Assembly: GCF_009914755.1 (NCBI RefSeq)
Contig: NC_060947.1
Direction: 5' to 3' (one strand)
Source: the human T2T-CHM13v2.0 reference genome, Homo sapiens
Length of the DNA: 64,000 bases
The translations under genes were made by a program, and so were the position numbers. The notes under the pieces are model-generated. The model was given only the letters and a program-made list of their open reading frames with translations, searched no databases and was not told the DNA's origin. The stretch's first letter is position 1, and the number at the start of each line of letters is the position of its first letter. Below are positions 1 to 16,889 of this stretch, piece by piece.

Positions 1-1472
1 GCAACAAGAAGAGCTAACTATCCTAAGTATACATGCACCCAATACAGGAGCAACCAGATTATAAACCAAGTTCTTAGAGACCTACAAAGAAACTTAGACA
101 CCCACACAATAATAGTGGGAGACTTTAACACCCCATTGTTAATATTGGACAGATCAGTGAGACAAAATTAACCAGGATATTCAAGACTTGAACTCTGCTC
201 TAGACCAAGCAGGCCTAATAGACATCTACAGAACTCTCCACCCCAAATCAACAGAATATACATTCTTCTCAGCACCACATCACACTTATTCTAAAATTGA
301 CCAAATAATTGAAAGTAAAACACTCCTCAGGAAATGCAAAACAATGGAAATCATATCAAACAGTCTCTCAGACAACAGGGTAATCAAATTAGAACTCAGG
401 ATTAAGAAACTCACTCGAAACCCCACAACTTGGAAACTGAACAACCTGCTTCTGAATGACTACTGGGTAAATAATGAAATAAAGACAGAAATAAATAAGT
501 TATTTGAAACCAATAAGAACAAAAACACAATGTGGCAGAATCTGTGGGACACAGCTACAGCCATGTTTAGAGGGAAAATTATAGCACTAAATGCCCACAA
601 GAGAAAGTGGGAAAGATCTAAAATTGAAAACCTAACATCACAATTAAACGATCTAGAGAAGCAAGAACAAACAAATTCCAAAGCTATCAGAAGACAAGAA
701 ATAACTAAGATCAGAGCAAAACTGAAAGAGATAGAGACATGAAGAACCCTTTGAAAAATCAATGAATCCAGGAGCTGTTTTTTTTAAAGATCAACAAAAT
801 AGATAATCTGCTAGCCAGACTAACAAACAAGAAGAGAAAGAAGAATCAAATAGGTGCAATAAAAAATGCTATAGGGGATAAACTACTGATCCCACAGAAA
901 TAAAAACTTCCATCAGAGAATACTATAAACACCTCTATGCAAATATACTAGAAAATCTAGAAGAAATGGATAAATTCCTGGACACATAAACCCTACTAAG
1001 TCTAAACCAGAAAGAAGTCGAATCCCTGAAAAGACCAATAACAAGTTCTGAAATTGATGCAGTAATTAATAGCCTAACAACCAAAAAGAGTCCAGGATCA
1101 GATGGATTCACAGCCGAATTCTACCACAGGTGAAAAGAGGAGCTGGTAGCATTCCTTCTGAAACTATTCCAAACAATAGAAAAAAAGGGAATCCTCCTTA
1201 ACTCATTTTAAGAGGTCAGCATCATCCTGATACCAAAACCTGGCAGAAACAAAACCAAAAAAGAAATTTCAGGCCAATATCCCTGAGGAATATGTGAAAA
1301 TTCTCAATAAAATACTAGCAAGCCAAATCCAGCAGCACATCAAAAAGCTTATCAACCATGATCAATTCGGCTTCATCCCTGGGATGCAAGGCTGGTACAA
1401 CATACCTGAATCAATTTTAATGCAATCCATCACATAAACTGAATCAATGACAAAAACCAGATTATCTCAATA
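1..1472 (+). mobile_element. LINE-1 (L1PA7/8-like) ORF2 fragment, endonuclease to start of RT; ends abruptly without a 3' end
   Basis: ORF 188..742 translates to L1 ORF2p EN sequence ([27 protein letters not shown]). Stops and frameshifts follow. Homology stops after 'attatctcaata' at ~1472. Confidence 0.93.
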
Positions 1473-1479
1473 ATACTGG

Positions 1480-1988
1480 GTATATATACAGCATTGCATA
1501 ATAAAAATCATGCTTTGTTATTATTCAATAACAAAGTAAGTCTTGTGGCACTGTGCCTTAAAAGTGTGTCATTAAAAGTCCACTTAATTCTTCCTTTCTT
1601 TTCTTGACATGGTGAGTATGCAGTAAAAATAATTGTGGGTTGGTGATATATGGGACACTCAAAACACTTTTGAGTTGTGACTGCATCACTGCAATTTTTA
1701 GTGGGTTGAGCTGCAGTGCAAAGTGACATTGGGTCAGTTTTGCAGCTACTCAATACTGTCAGTGTGGCTGAAAACAGCTATGCATAATATAAAAACAAAT
1801 CCATATGGCTAGGTATAAAAACTTTATGAGGAATGAAATTTTTATTTTATATACTTTTCATATTTTATAAAATATTATTTTATTAATCATTAAAAATGTA
1901 AAAGCCATTCTTAGCTAATGGGTAATATAAGAATATATAGCAGGCCATGCTTGACATATAGTTTGTAATTTGCTAATTTCTCTTTTAG
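1480..1988 (-). mobile_element. hAT-Charlie DNA transposon remnant (Cheshire/MER58 family) with a decayed transposase N-terminus
   Basis: 1730-1985 resembles MER58 ('gcagctactcaatactgtc...aaagccattcttagct'). The minus strand at ~1610-1500 reads like the Cheshire transposase start ('atgtcaagaaaagaaagg...gtggacttt...ttttaaggcacagtg'). Based on recalled consensus. Confidence 0.65.
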
Positions 1989-2379
1989 AAAACTGTGATA
2001 TACTAGTTTAGGTTAATAATTGTTGAGAAGATTTACAGAGGCTCTGAGGGAAAAGAACAGATAATGCATTGGAAGAAATAAGGATAAGTTACATATTAGA
2101 CTCACTTTAATACAAATAAGAAAAGTTTTTTTTACCTTCTTTATTATGACAGAAAAACAGAATGATCAAACAGGCTTCCACTCAAGAGATACTGTCCTGC
2201 AAGTGAGGCATTTGAATAGTATAAAATTAGAAGGATGTGAAGGAAGAGGGGTAGTGTATTAACATATCAATTTTAAAATACAGCCATTTAAAGAAGAGTT
2301 TCTCTCTCTCTCTCCCTCCATCCCTCTCTCTCTCTCTCTTAACAGCACCAGAGCAGGCCATTTATCTGTGTTCTTGTGG

Positions 2380-2720
2380 CACTTTAACTATATAAGGCCA
2401 TTCAGAAAATGATTCATGCTTTTTTTATCTTGTTTGTCTACCATTCTGTACAATGTGGTCTTCATCTGTATGATCAAAGGCAAATCACCACCATATTTGT
2501 ATTCCAGGCTGTAAGACAGGGAGAAGTAAAAGACCAGGACAAGTGACTTTAACTAAGTAATACACATCGCTTTCATTCACATCTCATCAGCCAGGACAAA
2601 ATCAGATGACCACACCTAGCTGCATGGGAGGCAATAAACTTGTCTCTAGTTAAGTGGTCATAGGCGAGTGCTTCAAACGTGTTTTCCCTATTACTGAAAG
2701 AGAGTGTTGTAGATGAGAGA
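2380..2720 (-). mobile_element. Old MaLR LTR fragment (MLT1J/K-like)
   Basis: The motif 'gaccacacctagctgcatgggaggc' is typical of MLT1J-type LTRs. Confidence 0.55.
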
Positions 2721-3307
2721 CCGAAGATACAGTCTCTTTTTACTTGATAAAAGTGGTAAATTTTCTTCAACAGAATTTCTATTTTACTTCTTAATAAATT
2801 TATTAGAAGTGTTTTACAGAAATTTTCAGATCATTTATTTATTTAATGAGTCAAACACGCATGAACAGGCACTCTTCCAGATAATCCAAATAAAGTATCT
2901 AGCTAGATGACATATTTACTCACATGGAGCTAACATTCTAGAGAAGAACATATAGAATAAACAAAGATTCAATTTAATAAAAATGTTAAGAACAATGACA
3001 TTTAGATAAGTTGGGTTAATAATCAGATTACTGAGTAGCAAAATTGTAAGTGGAAACATGCAAAACTTTAAAGCTAGTTCTGGCTCTTGCACCAACAGGT
3101 AATTTTCTGCATTTGTTTTTTAATAGATTACATCGTTATCTTAAGTCATCTGAACCTATAGAGATACATACAGGGAACACCTGCTAGGAGTAAGGTTAGG
3201 CAAAGAAATTCAGTTGTGTCTTTCTCATGTTGATCCATCTGATAAAAGAATAGCTAGAATAGATAGATAAAGAATAGCAATTTTTGCACTATAAATCTAA
3301 TAATGTG

Positions 3308-3617
<310 letters not shown>

Positions 3618-4025
3618 TCGAATAGTGTGTCTTTTTTTTTTTTTTTTTTTTTCTGTTAAGCATGTGAACGTTGGAATGCTGGAGATGACCTTTGTACTAT
3701 TTGGTACTTGAGTCTTTTTAATTATCTTCTTTGCTTATTCCAAGAAGAAGTTTAGATATTCCCTTATTTGGGCTTCACATAATATGTCTGCCTAATTCTG
3801 CCAATATGTACCAAAGTGTATTTTGCACTTTTATGAAAAATAGAGAAGGTTCAATGATGGCCTAAGACATAGAGTGCTTTTGTGATGTAGTTTTAAGTTA
3901 TATATGTCATTTTACAAAATACTATGTGAATTTCCAAACTTTGGAAGTAAAATTTGTCTAGATATTGAAATATGAGTTTGGAGCCAAAGAATGTTTTTTA
4001 AATAGGATTGTTATCATAGTGCTAT

Positions 4026-4566
4026 TGTGGCAGGCCAGGTCTCCATTAGCAACCAGAACAGTCAGTTTCCACTAACCCTTTACTATAGTTTTGATGAATG
4101 TATAAGTTAAACATTAAAGAATTGGAGAAACTAGTGCTTTAGTACAAGGGCTGGGATGTGAAAACAAAACCATTAAGACCTTGCCTGGGTTTTCTCAGAA
4201 CTTAAAGCCTGATAAAATAATGAAGGCATTCTTACACACACCTTGTTCCAGGGCCCATTAAGATTAACAAATTTTTCCAAGGCTCTGAATTAAACTTCCA
4301 GGCCCCAGACCCTAGTTAAAGATTAGATTGAGTGAAACACTCCTGTTTATAGTTGCACACGTGCATGCAGGCATATAGCTTGAATGTATTAATGTATAAA
4401 CAAGTGCTGAAAAAAATCTTGTAACTTTGGGTTGGTCTGGTGAACTACCCTGACCTTCTCCTTATGGCCAGTTACAGAAATAAACTCTCTTCTTTCCCAG
4501 TCTGTCTGTAACTCGTTAATTGGACCATGAGACCAAGTAGCTGGACTCCAGTTTTTTCTGGGTATA
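4026..4566 (+). mobile_element. Solo ERV1-class LTR (MER83/MER84-like; family uncertain)
   Basis: Begins TGTGGCAGGCCAGGTCTC, has AATAAA at ~4479, is ~540 bp long, and is flanked by a 4-bp direct repeat 'ctat' (4022-4025 and 4567-4570). Confidence 0.75.
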
Positions 4567-5094
4567 CTATGTTTGCTTGACTTTTGATATGCTGGGTTCT
4601 TTGAATATGCAAATGTCTTTATTTAAAATCCATTTTAATTTCCCTGCTGAAGCCATTGAAGGAAGGCCACAGATTGGATGAATCATGAAGACTAATATTT
4701 TACTTGATTTAGGAGGAATGCAGTTCAAAATGACTATTGCTTAGAGATTCTGGTCACAATAAATATAACCTTGACTGCATTTAAATGGAAAGTCTTTTAT
4801 ACTTCTGAAATGGCTAGTTTAGTGTCCTAAACTAATGTGTGGACCATTGTAATTTACCATGAAGACTTCATAAAACAAAGGCCATAGACATTGAACAAAC
4901 TGTGAGCTTTATTTAGATGGCATTTAAAAATTTATTTTGACATATCCTTGCAAAAGTGATTGGAACCATAATTGGAAGTTGGATACAGCAATAATTGTGA
5001 GCAATTTATTGTGGCATCTCCTTACAGAGATATATATTCTATACAACTAAACTCCTTCAAATACTTGAAGAACATCTGTAAGGGATCAAAATAT

Positions 5095-6552
5095 GCCAGC
5101 TCAGTTCCCTTTCTACACATTAAGTAGAAGCTATCAAAAAAATAAATTAAGAAAACCATATCATTTGTAATGGCATCAGTAAGAATAAAATAGATAGGAA
5201 TAAATTTAACCAAAGAGGTGAAACATTATGGCATTCAACACTTTAAATGTGTGAATTGTATGATATATGAATTGTATCTCAATAAAGCTGTTTAAATAAC
5301 AATGTACTATATTCTTAAAATTTGCTATGACAGTAGATTGAAAGTGTTCTCACCAAAAAAAATAGTGCGTTTGTTAGGTAATGCATATGTTAATAAGCAT
5401 GATCTAGCCAATCCACAATGTAAACATATTTTAAGACACCATGTTATACACCATTAATATATATAATTTTTGTCTACTAAAATAATTATAAATAATTAAA
5501 AAACAGGAGATATTACAATTGATACTACAGAATTACAAAAGTTCACACTAGTTGAGTATGAACAATTGTACACCAACAAAAAAGATAACCTAGAAGAAAT
5601 AAAAAAAAAACTAAGAAACATTCAACCTAAAAAGACTGAATCATGAAGAAATAGAAAATATGAACAGACTAACAATTATTAAGGAGATTGAATCAATAAT
5701 CAAAACTTTCCCAACAAATAGAATCCCAGGACCTGATGGCTTCCCTGGTGAATTATACCAAACATCTAAAGAAGAATTAAAATCTATCTTCTCAAACACT
5801 TCCAAAAAATTCATTAGGAGATAACACTTCCAAACTCATTTTGCAAGGCCAGTATTAGTCCAAAGCCTGACAAGGATACTACAAGAAAAGAAAATATAAG
5901 TGAATATCCCTGATGAACAAAACACAAAAATTCTCAACAAAACGCTGGCCAACTGAATTCAAATGCATATTAAAAGGATCATACAACATAATCAAGTGGA
6001 ATTTATTTCTGGGATAAATGGATGGTTCATTATATGCAAAACAAATAAATGTGATACATTACTTTAAAAGAATCAAAAACAATAACCATATGATTATCTT
6101 AATAGATGCAGTGAAAGCGTTTAATATAATTCAACATCTTTACATGATAAAATCTCTCAAAAAACTAGAGTTAGTAGGAAGGTACCTCAACACAACAAAG
6201 GCCATATACCCCAAGTCAACAGCTAACCTCATACTAAGTGGTAAAATGCTGAAAGTTTCTCCTCTAAGATCAGGAACAAGACAAGGATTCTCACTGATGC
6301 CAATTCAATTCAACGCAGTACTAAAAGTCTTAATCAGAGTAGTTAGGCAAGAGAAAGAAACAAAGTCATCCAAATTGGAAACGAGTTAAAATGTCTCTGT
6401 TTGCAGGTGACATGATCTTATATACAGAAATCCCTAAAGACCCCACCAAAAACTGTTAAAACTAACAAATTCCATGAAGCTGCTGAACAAAAAATCAGTT
6501 CTCTTTCTATACACTAGATAGAAACTATTCAAAAAAGAAATGAAGAAAATCA
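5095..6552 (+). mobile_element. Old L1M fragments; 5500-6552 is ORF2 of an L1MA-type host element, interrupted at ~6552
   Basis: Degenerate RT ORF 6018..6389 (LRSGTRQGFSL). L1M 3'UTR-like pieces at 5240-5500. Confidence 0.85.
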
Positions 6553-6553
6553 T

Positions 6554-9500
6554 GAGAGTCGCTTCCAAGACGGCCGAATAGGAACAGCTCTGGTCTACAG
6601 TTCCCAGTGAGATCGACACAGAAGATGGGTGATTTCTGCATTTCCAACTGAGTTACCTGGTTCATCTCACTAGGAATGGTTGGAGAGTGGGTGCAGCCCA
6701 TGGAAGGTGAGCCAAAGTGGGGGGTGGGGGAGTGTTGCCTCACCCAGGAAGTGCAAGGGGTCAGGGGATTTCCCTTTCCTAGCCAAGGGAAGCCATGAGT
6801 GACTGTACCTGGAGGAGCGGTACACTCCTTTCCAAATGCTGTGCTTTTCCCATGGTCTTCACAACCAACAGACCAGGAGATTCCTGGAGACCTGCAGACC
6901 AGGAGACCTGCCTGGCTTGGTGGTTCCCACACCCACAGAGCCTTGCTCGCTGCTAGTGAATCAATCTGAGATTAACCTGGGATGCTGAAGTTTGGCAGGG
7001 GGAGGGGCGTCTGCCATTGCTGAGGCTTGAGAAGGCGGTTCTATGCTCACAGTGTAAGCAAAGCAACAGGGAAGCTCTAACAGAGCAGAGCCCACCGCAG
7101 CTCAGCAAGACGTACTGCCTTTCTAGATTCCACCTCTGGGGAGAGGGCATATCTGAACAAAAGGCAGGAGACAGCTTCTCCAGACTTAAATGTCCCTGAC
7201 AGACAGCTCTGAAGAGAGCAGTGATTCTCCCAGCATGGCGTTTGAGCTCTGCTAACAGACAGACTGCTTACTCAAGTGGATCCCTGACACCCGTGTAGCC
7301 TGATTGGTAGACACCTCCCAGTAGGGACTGACAGACACCTCATACAGGACATCTCTGGCTGGCATCTAGAGGTTGCCCCTCTGGGACAAAGCTTCCAGAT
7401 GAAGAATCAAGCAGCAATATTTGCTGTTCTGGAGCCTCTGCTGGTGATACCCAGGCAAACAGGGTCTGGAGTGGACCTCCAGTAAACCCCAACAGACCTG
7501 CAGCTGAGGGGTCAGTCTGTTAGAAGGAAAACTAACAGAAAGGAATAGCATCAACATCAACAAAAGGACGTCTACACCAAAACCCCATCTGTAGGTCACC
7601 AACATCAAATAACAAAGGTAGATAAAACCACGAAGATGGGAAGAAACCAGAGCAGAAAGGCTGAAAATTCTAAAAACCAGAATGCCTCCTCTCCTCCAAA
7701 GGAACACAACTCCTTGCCAGCAAGGGCACAAACCTGGATGGAGAATGAGTTTGACAAGTTGACAGAAGTAGGCTTCAGAAGGTCGGTAATCACAAACTTC
7801 TCCGAGCTAAAGGAGCATGATCTAATCCATTGCAAGGAAGCTAAAAACCTTGAAAAAAAGGTAAGACGAATGGCTAACTAGAATAACCAGTGTACAGAAG
7901 AGCTTAAATTACCTGATGGAGCGGAAAACCACAGTACGAGACTTCGTGAAGCATACACAAGCTTCAATAGCCAATTCGATAAAGCTTAAGAAAGGATATC
8001 AGTGATTGAAGATCAAATTAATGAAATAAAGCCAGAAGACAAGCTTAGAGAAAAAAGAGTGAAAAGAAACAAAAAAAAAAGCCTCCAAGAAAAATGGGAC
8101 TATGTGGAAAGACCAGATCTACGTTTGATTGGTGTAACTGAAAGTAATGGGGAGAATGGAAACAAGTTGGAAAACACTCTTCAGGATATTATCCAGGAGA
8201 ACTTCCCAAACCTAGCAAGGCAGGCCAACATTCAAATTCAGGAAATACAGAGAACACCAAAAAGATACTCTTTGAGAAGAGCAACCCCAAGACACATAAT
8301 TGTCAAATTCACCAAGGTAAAAATGAAGGAAAAAATGTTAATGGCAGCCGGAGAGAAAGGTCAGGTTACCCGCAAAAGGAAGCCCATCAAACGAACAGCG
8401 GATCTCTTGGCAGAAACCCTAAAAGCCAGAAGAGATTGGGGGTCAACATTCAACATTCTTAAAGAAAAGAATTTTCAATCCAGAATTTCATATCCAGCCA
8501 AACTAAGCTTCATAAGTGAAGAGGAATAAAATTCTTTACAGAGAAACTAATGGTGAGAGATTTTGTCACCACAAGGCCTGCCTCACAGGAGCTCCTGAAG
8601 GAAATACTAAACATGGAAAGGAAAAGAGCAACCCATACCAGCCACTGTAAAAACATGCCAAATTGTAAAGACCATCAACACTATGAAGAAATTGCATTAA
8701 TTAATGGACACAATAACGAGCTAACATCATAATGACAGGGTCAAATTCACACATAACAATATTAACCTTAAATGTAAATAGGCTAAAGGTCCCAATTAAA
8801 AAACACAAATCTTTATCCAATCTGGCAAATTAGATAAAGAGTGAAGACCCATTGGTGTGCTGTATTCAGGAGACTCACCTCACGTGCAAAGACACACATA
8901 GGCTCAAAATAAAGGGATGGAGGAAGATCTACCAAGCAAAAAAAAAAGGCAAGGGGTGCAATCCTGGTCTTTGATAAAACAGACTTTAAACCAATAAAGA
9001 TCAAAAGAGACAAGGCCATTACATAATGGTAAAGGGATCAATTCAACAAGAAGAGCTAACTATGCTAAATATATATGCACCCAATACAGGAGCACCCAGA
9101 TTCATAAAGCAAGTCCTTAGTGACCTACAAAGAGACTTAGACTCCCACACAATAATAATGGGAGACTTTAACACCCCACTGTCAATATTAGACAGATCAA
9201 TGAGACAGAAAATTAACAAGAATATCCAGGATTTGAACTCAACTCTGGATCAAGTGAGCCTAATAGGCATCTATAGAACTCTCCACTCCAAATCAGCAGA
9301 ATATACATTCTTCTCAGCACCACATCGCACTTATTCTAAAATTGACCACATAGTTGGAAGTAAAACACTCCTCAGCAAATGTAAAAGAACAGAAATCACA
9401 ACAAACTGTCTCTCAGTCCAGAGTGCAATCAAATTAGAACTCATGATTAAGAAACTCACTCAAAACCACACAACTACATGGAAACTGAAAAATTTGCTCC

Positions 9501-12500
9501 TGAATGACTACTGGGTAAATAAAGAAATGAAGGCAGTAATAAAGAAGTTCTTTGAAACCAATGAGAACAAAGACACAACATACCAGAATCTCTGGGGCAC
9601 ATTTAAAGCAGTGTGTAGAGGGAAATTTATGGCACTGAATGCCCTCAAGAGAAAGCAAGAGACATCTAAAATTGACACCCTAACATCAAAATTAAAAGAA
9701 CTAGAGAAGCAAAAGCAAACAAATTCAAAAGCTAGAAGACAAGAAATAACTAAAATCAGAGCAGAACTGAAGGAGATTGAGACACAAAAAAACCCTGAAA
9801 AAAATCAATGAATCCAGGAGCTGGTTTTTTGAAAAGTTCAACAAAATTGATAGACCACTAGCCTAGCAAGACTAATAAAGAAGAAAAGAGGGAATAATCA
9901 AATAAATGTAATAAAAATGATAAAGGGGTATCACCACCGATCCCACAGAAATACAAACTACCATAAGAGAATACTATAAGCTCCTCTAAACAAATAAACT
10001 AGAGAATCTAGAAGAAATGGATCAATTTCTGGACACATACACCCTCCCAAGACTAAACCAGGAAAAAGTTGAATCTCTGAGTAGTCTAATAACAGGTTCT
10101 GGCATTGAGGCAATAATTAATAGCCTACCAACCAAAAAAAGTCCAGGACCAGACAGATTCACAGCCAAATTCTACCAGAAGTCCAAAGAGGAGCTGGTAA
10201 CATTCTTCTGAAACTCTTCTGATGAGTAGAAAAAGAGGGAATCCTCCCTAACTCAGTTTATGAGGCCAGCATCATCCTGATACAAAAGTCTGGCAGAGAC
10301 ACAACCAAAAAAGAGAATTTTAGGCCAATATCCCTGATGAAGATCAAGGAGAACATCCTCAATAAAATACTGGCAAACCAAATGCAGCAGCACATCAGAA
10401 ATCTTATCCACCACAATAAAGTAGGCTTCATTCCTGGGATGCAAGGTTGGTCCAACATTTGCAAATCAATGAATGTAATCTATCACATAAACAGAACCAA
10501 CAACAAAAACCTCATGATTATCTCAATAGATGCAGAAAAGACCTTCGACAAAAATTCAACGCCTTTCATGCTAACAACTCTCAATAAACTGGGTATTGAG
10601 GGAACATATGTCAAAATAATAAGAACAATATATGACAAACCCACAACCGATATCATATCAAATGGGCAAAAACTGGAAGCATTTCCTTGGAAAACTGGCA
10701 CAAGAAAAGGATGCCCTCTCTCACCACTCCTATTCAACATAGTATTGGAATTTCTGGCCAGGGCAATCAGTCAAGAGAAAGCAATAAAGGGTATCCAAAT
10801 AAAAAGAGAGGAAGTCAAATTGTCTCTGTTTGCAGATGACATGATTGCATATTTAGAAAACTCCATTGTCTCAGCCCAAAATCTTCTTAAGCTGATAAGC
10901 AATTTCAGCAAAGTTTCAGGATACAAAATCGATGTGCAAAAATCACAAGCATTGCTGTAAACAAATAAGAGACAAGCAGCCAGATTATGATCGAACTCCC
11001 ATTCCCAATCACTACTAAGAAAATAAAATACCTAGGAATCCAACTTACAAGGGATGTGAAGGACCTCTTCAAGGAGAACTATAAACCACTCCTCAGGAAA
11101 TAAGAGAGGACACAAACAAATGGGGAAACATTCCATGCTCATGGATAGAAGGAACCAATATTGTGAAAATGACCTTCCTGTTCAAAGTTATTTATAGATT
11201 CAGTGCTATCCCCATCAAGCTACCACTGACTTTCTTCACAGAATTTGATAAATCTCCTTTATAGTTCATATGAAATCAAAAAGGACCCCGCATAGCCAAG
11301 ACAATCTTGGGCAAAAAGAAAAAAGTTGAAGGCACCACGCTACCTGACTTCAAATTGTATTACAAGGCTAAAAATCAACTCAAGATGGACCAAAGACTTA
11401 AACATAAAACCTAGGACCATAAAAATCCTAGAAGAAAACCTAGGCAATACCATTCAGGACATAGGCATGGGAAAAGACTTCATGTCTAAAACACCAAAAG
11501 CTATGGCAACAAAAGCCAAAATTGACAAATAGGAGCTAATTAAACTAAAGAGCTTCTGCACAGCAAAAGAAACTATCATCAGAGTGAACAGGCAACCTAC
11601 AGAATGGGAGAAAATTTTTGCCGTCTATCCATGTGACAAAGGGCTAATATCCAGAATCTACAAGAACTTAAAGAAATTTAGAAGACAAAGCAAAAAACCA
11701 CATCCAAAAATTTGCAAAAATATGAACAGGCACTTCTCAAAAGAAGAAATTTATGCGGCCAACAGACATATGAAAAAATGCTCATCATCACTGGTCATTA
11801 GAGAAATGCAAATCAAAACCATAATGAGATACCATCTCACACCAGTTAGAATGGCAACCATTAAAAAGTCAGAAAACAACAGATGCTGGAGAGGTGTGGA
11901 AAAATAGGAATGCTTTTACATTGTTGGTGGGAGTATAAATTAGTTCAATCATTGTGGAAGACAGTGTGGTGTTTCCTCAAGGATCTAGAACTAGAAATAC
12001 TATTTGACTTAGCAATCCCATTATTTGGCATATACCCAAACAATTATAAATCATTCTATGATAAAGACACATGCACATGTATTTTTATTGTGGTACTATT
12101 CAGAAGAGCAAAGACTTGGAACCAACCCAAATATTTATCAGTGATAGACTGGATTAAGAAAATGTGGCACATGTACACCATGGAATACTATGCAGCCAGA
12201 ACAAAAGGATTTGTTCATGTCCTTTGCAGGGACATGGATGAAGCTGGAAACCATCATTCTCAGCAAACTATCACAAGATCAGAAAACCATACACCACATG
12301 TTCTCACTCATAAGTGGGAGTTGAACAATGAGAACACATGGACACAGGGAGAGGAATATCACACACCATTGCCTGTCGGGGGGTGGGGGTCTAGGGGAGG
12401 GATAACATTAGGAGAAATACCTAATGTAGTGACGGGTTGATGGGTGCAGCAAACCACCATGACACGTGTATACCTATGTAAAAAAACTGCACATTCTGCA

Positions 12501-12536
12501 TATGTAACCCAGAACTTAAAGTATAATTAAAAAAAG
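6554..12536 (+). mobile_element. Full-length, inactive L1PA7-like element nested in an older L1M
   Basis: 5'UTR ('ccaagacggccgaatagg'), ORF1 ATG 7636, ORF2 ATG 8732, FADD motif in ORF 10337..10960, and a 3'UTR with G-tract and A tail. Flanks are 'aagaaaatcat' / 'aataaaatcat'. Multiple frameshifts and an internal deletion at ~11370. Confidence 0.95.
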
Positions 12537-14682
<2,146 letters not shown>

Positions 14683-14949
14683 ATTTAAAGAATTATTCAA
14701 GCTTCTGTAGGACAATCTTCCTTTCTACTGTTATTTGCTTGTGGTAAAAAATTTATTTTTACAAATTTTAATAATAGTGACTGAAATATCACACTTAAAA
14801 TCTAATAATATTTACCATTTGGAATTACTAATTTGTTTATATTAGTATTTGCAGAGTAAACACATGAATAATATAAATATATGTAGTGTAATATAACTTC
14901 AAACAATCATTGATATGTTTAAGGATTTTCCTAGCATTTTTTACTTTAA

Positions 14950-16575
<1,626 letters not shown>

Positions 16576-16579
16576 ACCT

Positions 16580-16880
16580 TAAAGTAAATCACTCTGAGTT
16601 CAATGTGAAAGATAAGTTTAAAGGTAATGAGTTAGGAAGCAGGAATATTAGTTATGAGATTAATTCATAATTAAGATGAGAAATAACAAAGGCTTAACTA
16701 AGGCATTGCTGGTGATGTTGCAAGAAAGAAATTAGAATAAAATATGGAAATTAGGAAACATCAATTTCATTAAATGAGTATATGTGGATGCTGAAAGAGA
16801 AGAATTAAGTATCACATCTGTATTTATTGTTTACGTGACTTGGTGGTGTCATCAACTGAGTCAAATAATATAGGATATGA
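16580..16880 (-). mobile_element. L2 fragment
   Basis: Purine-rich 'aatcactctg...ggaagcaggaatattagttatgag...ggcttaactaagg' pattern typical of antisense L2. Confidence 0.55.
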
Positions 16881-16889
16881 CATTTTAAC

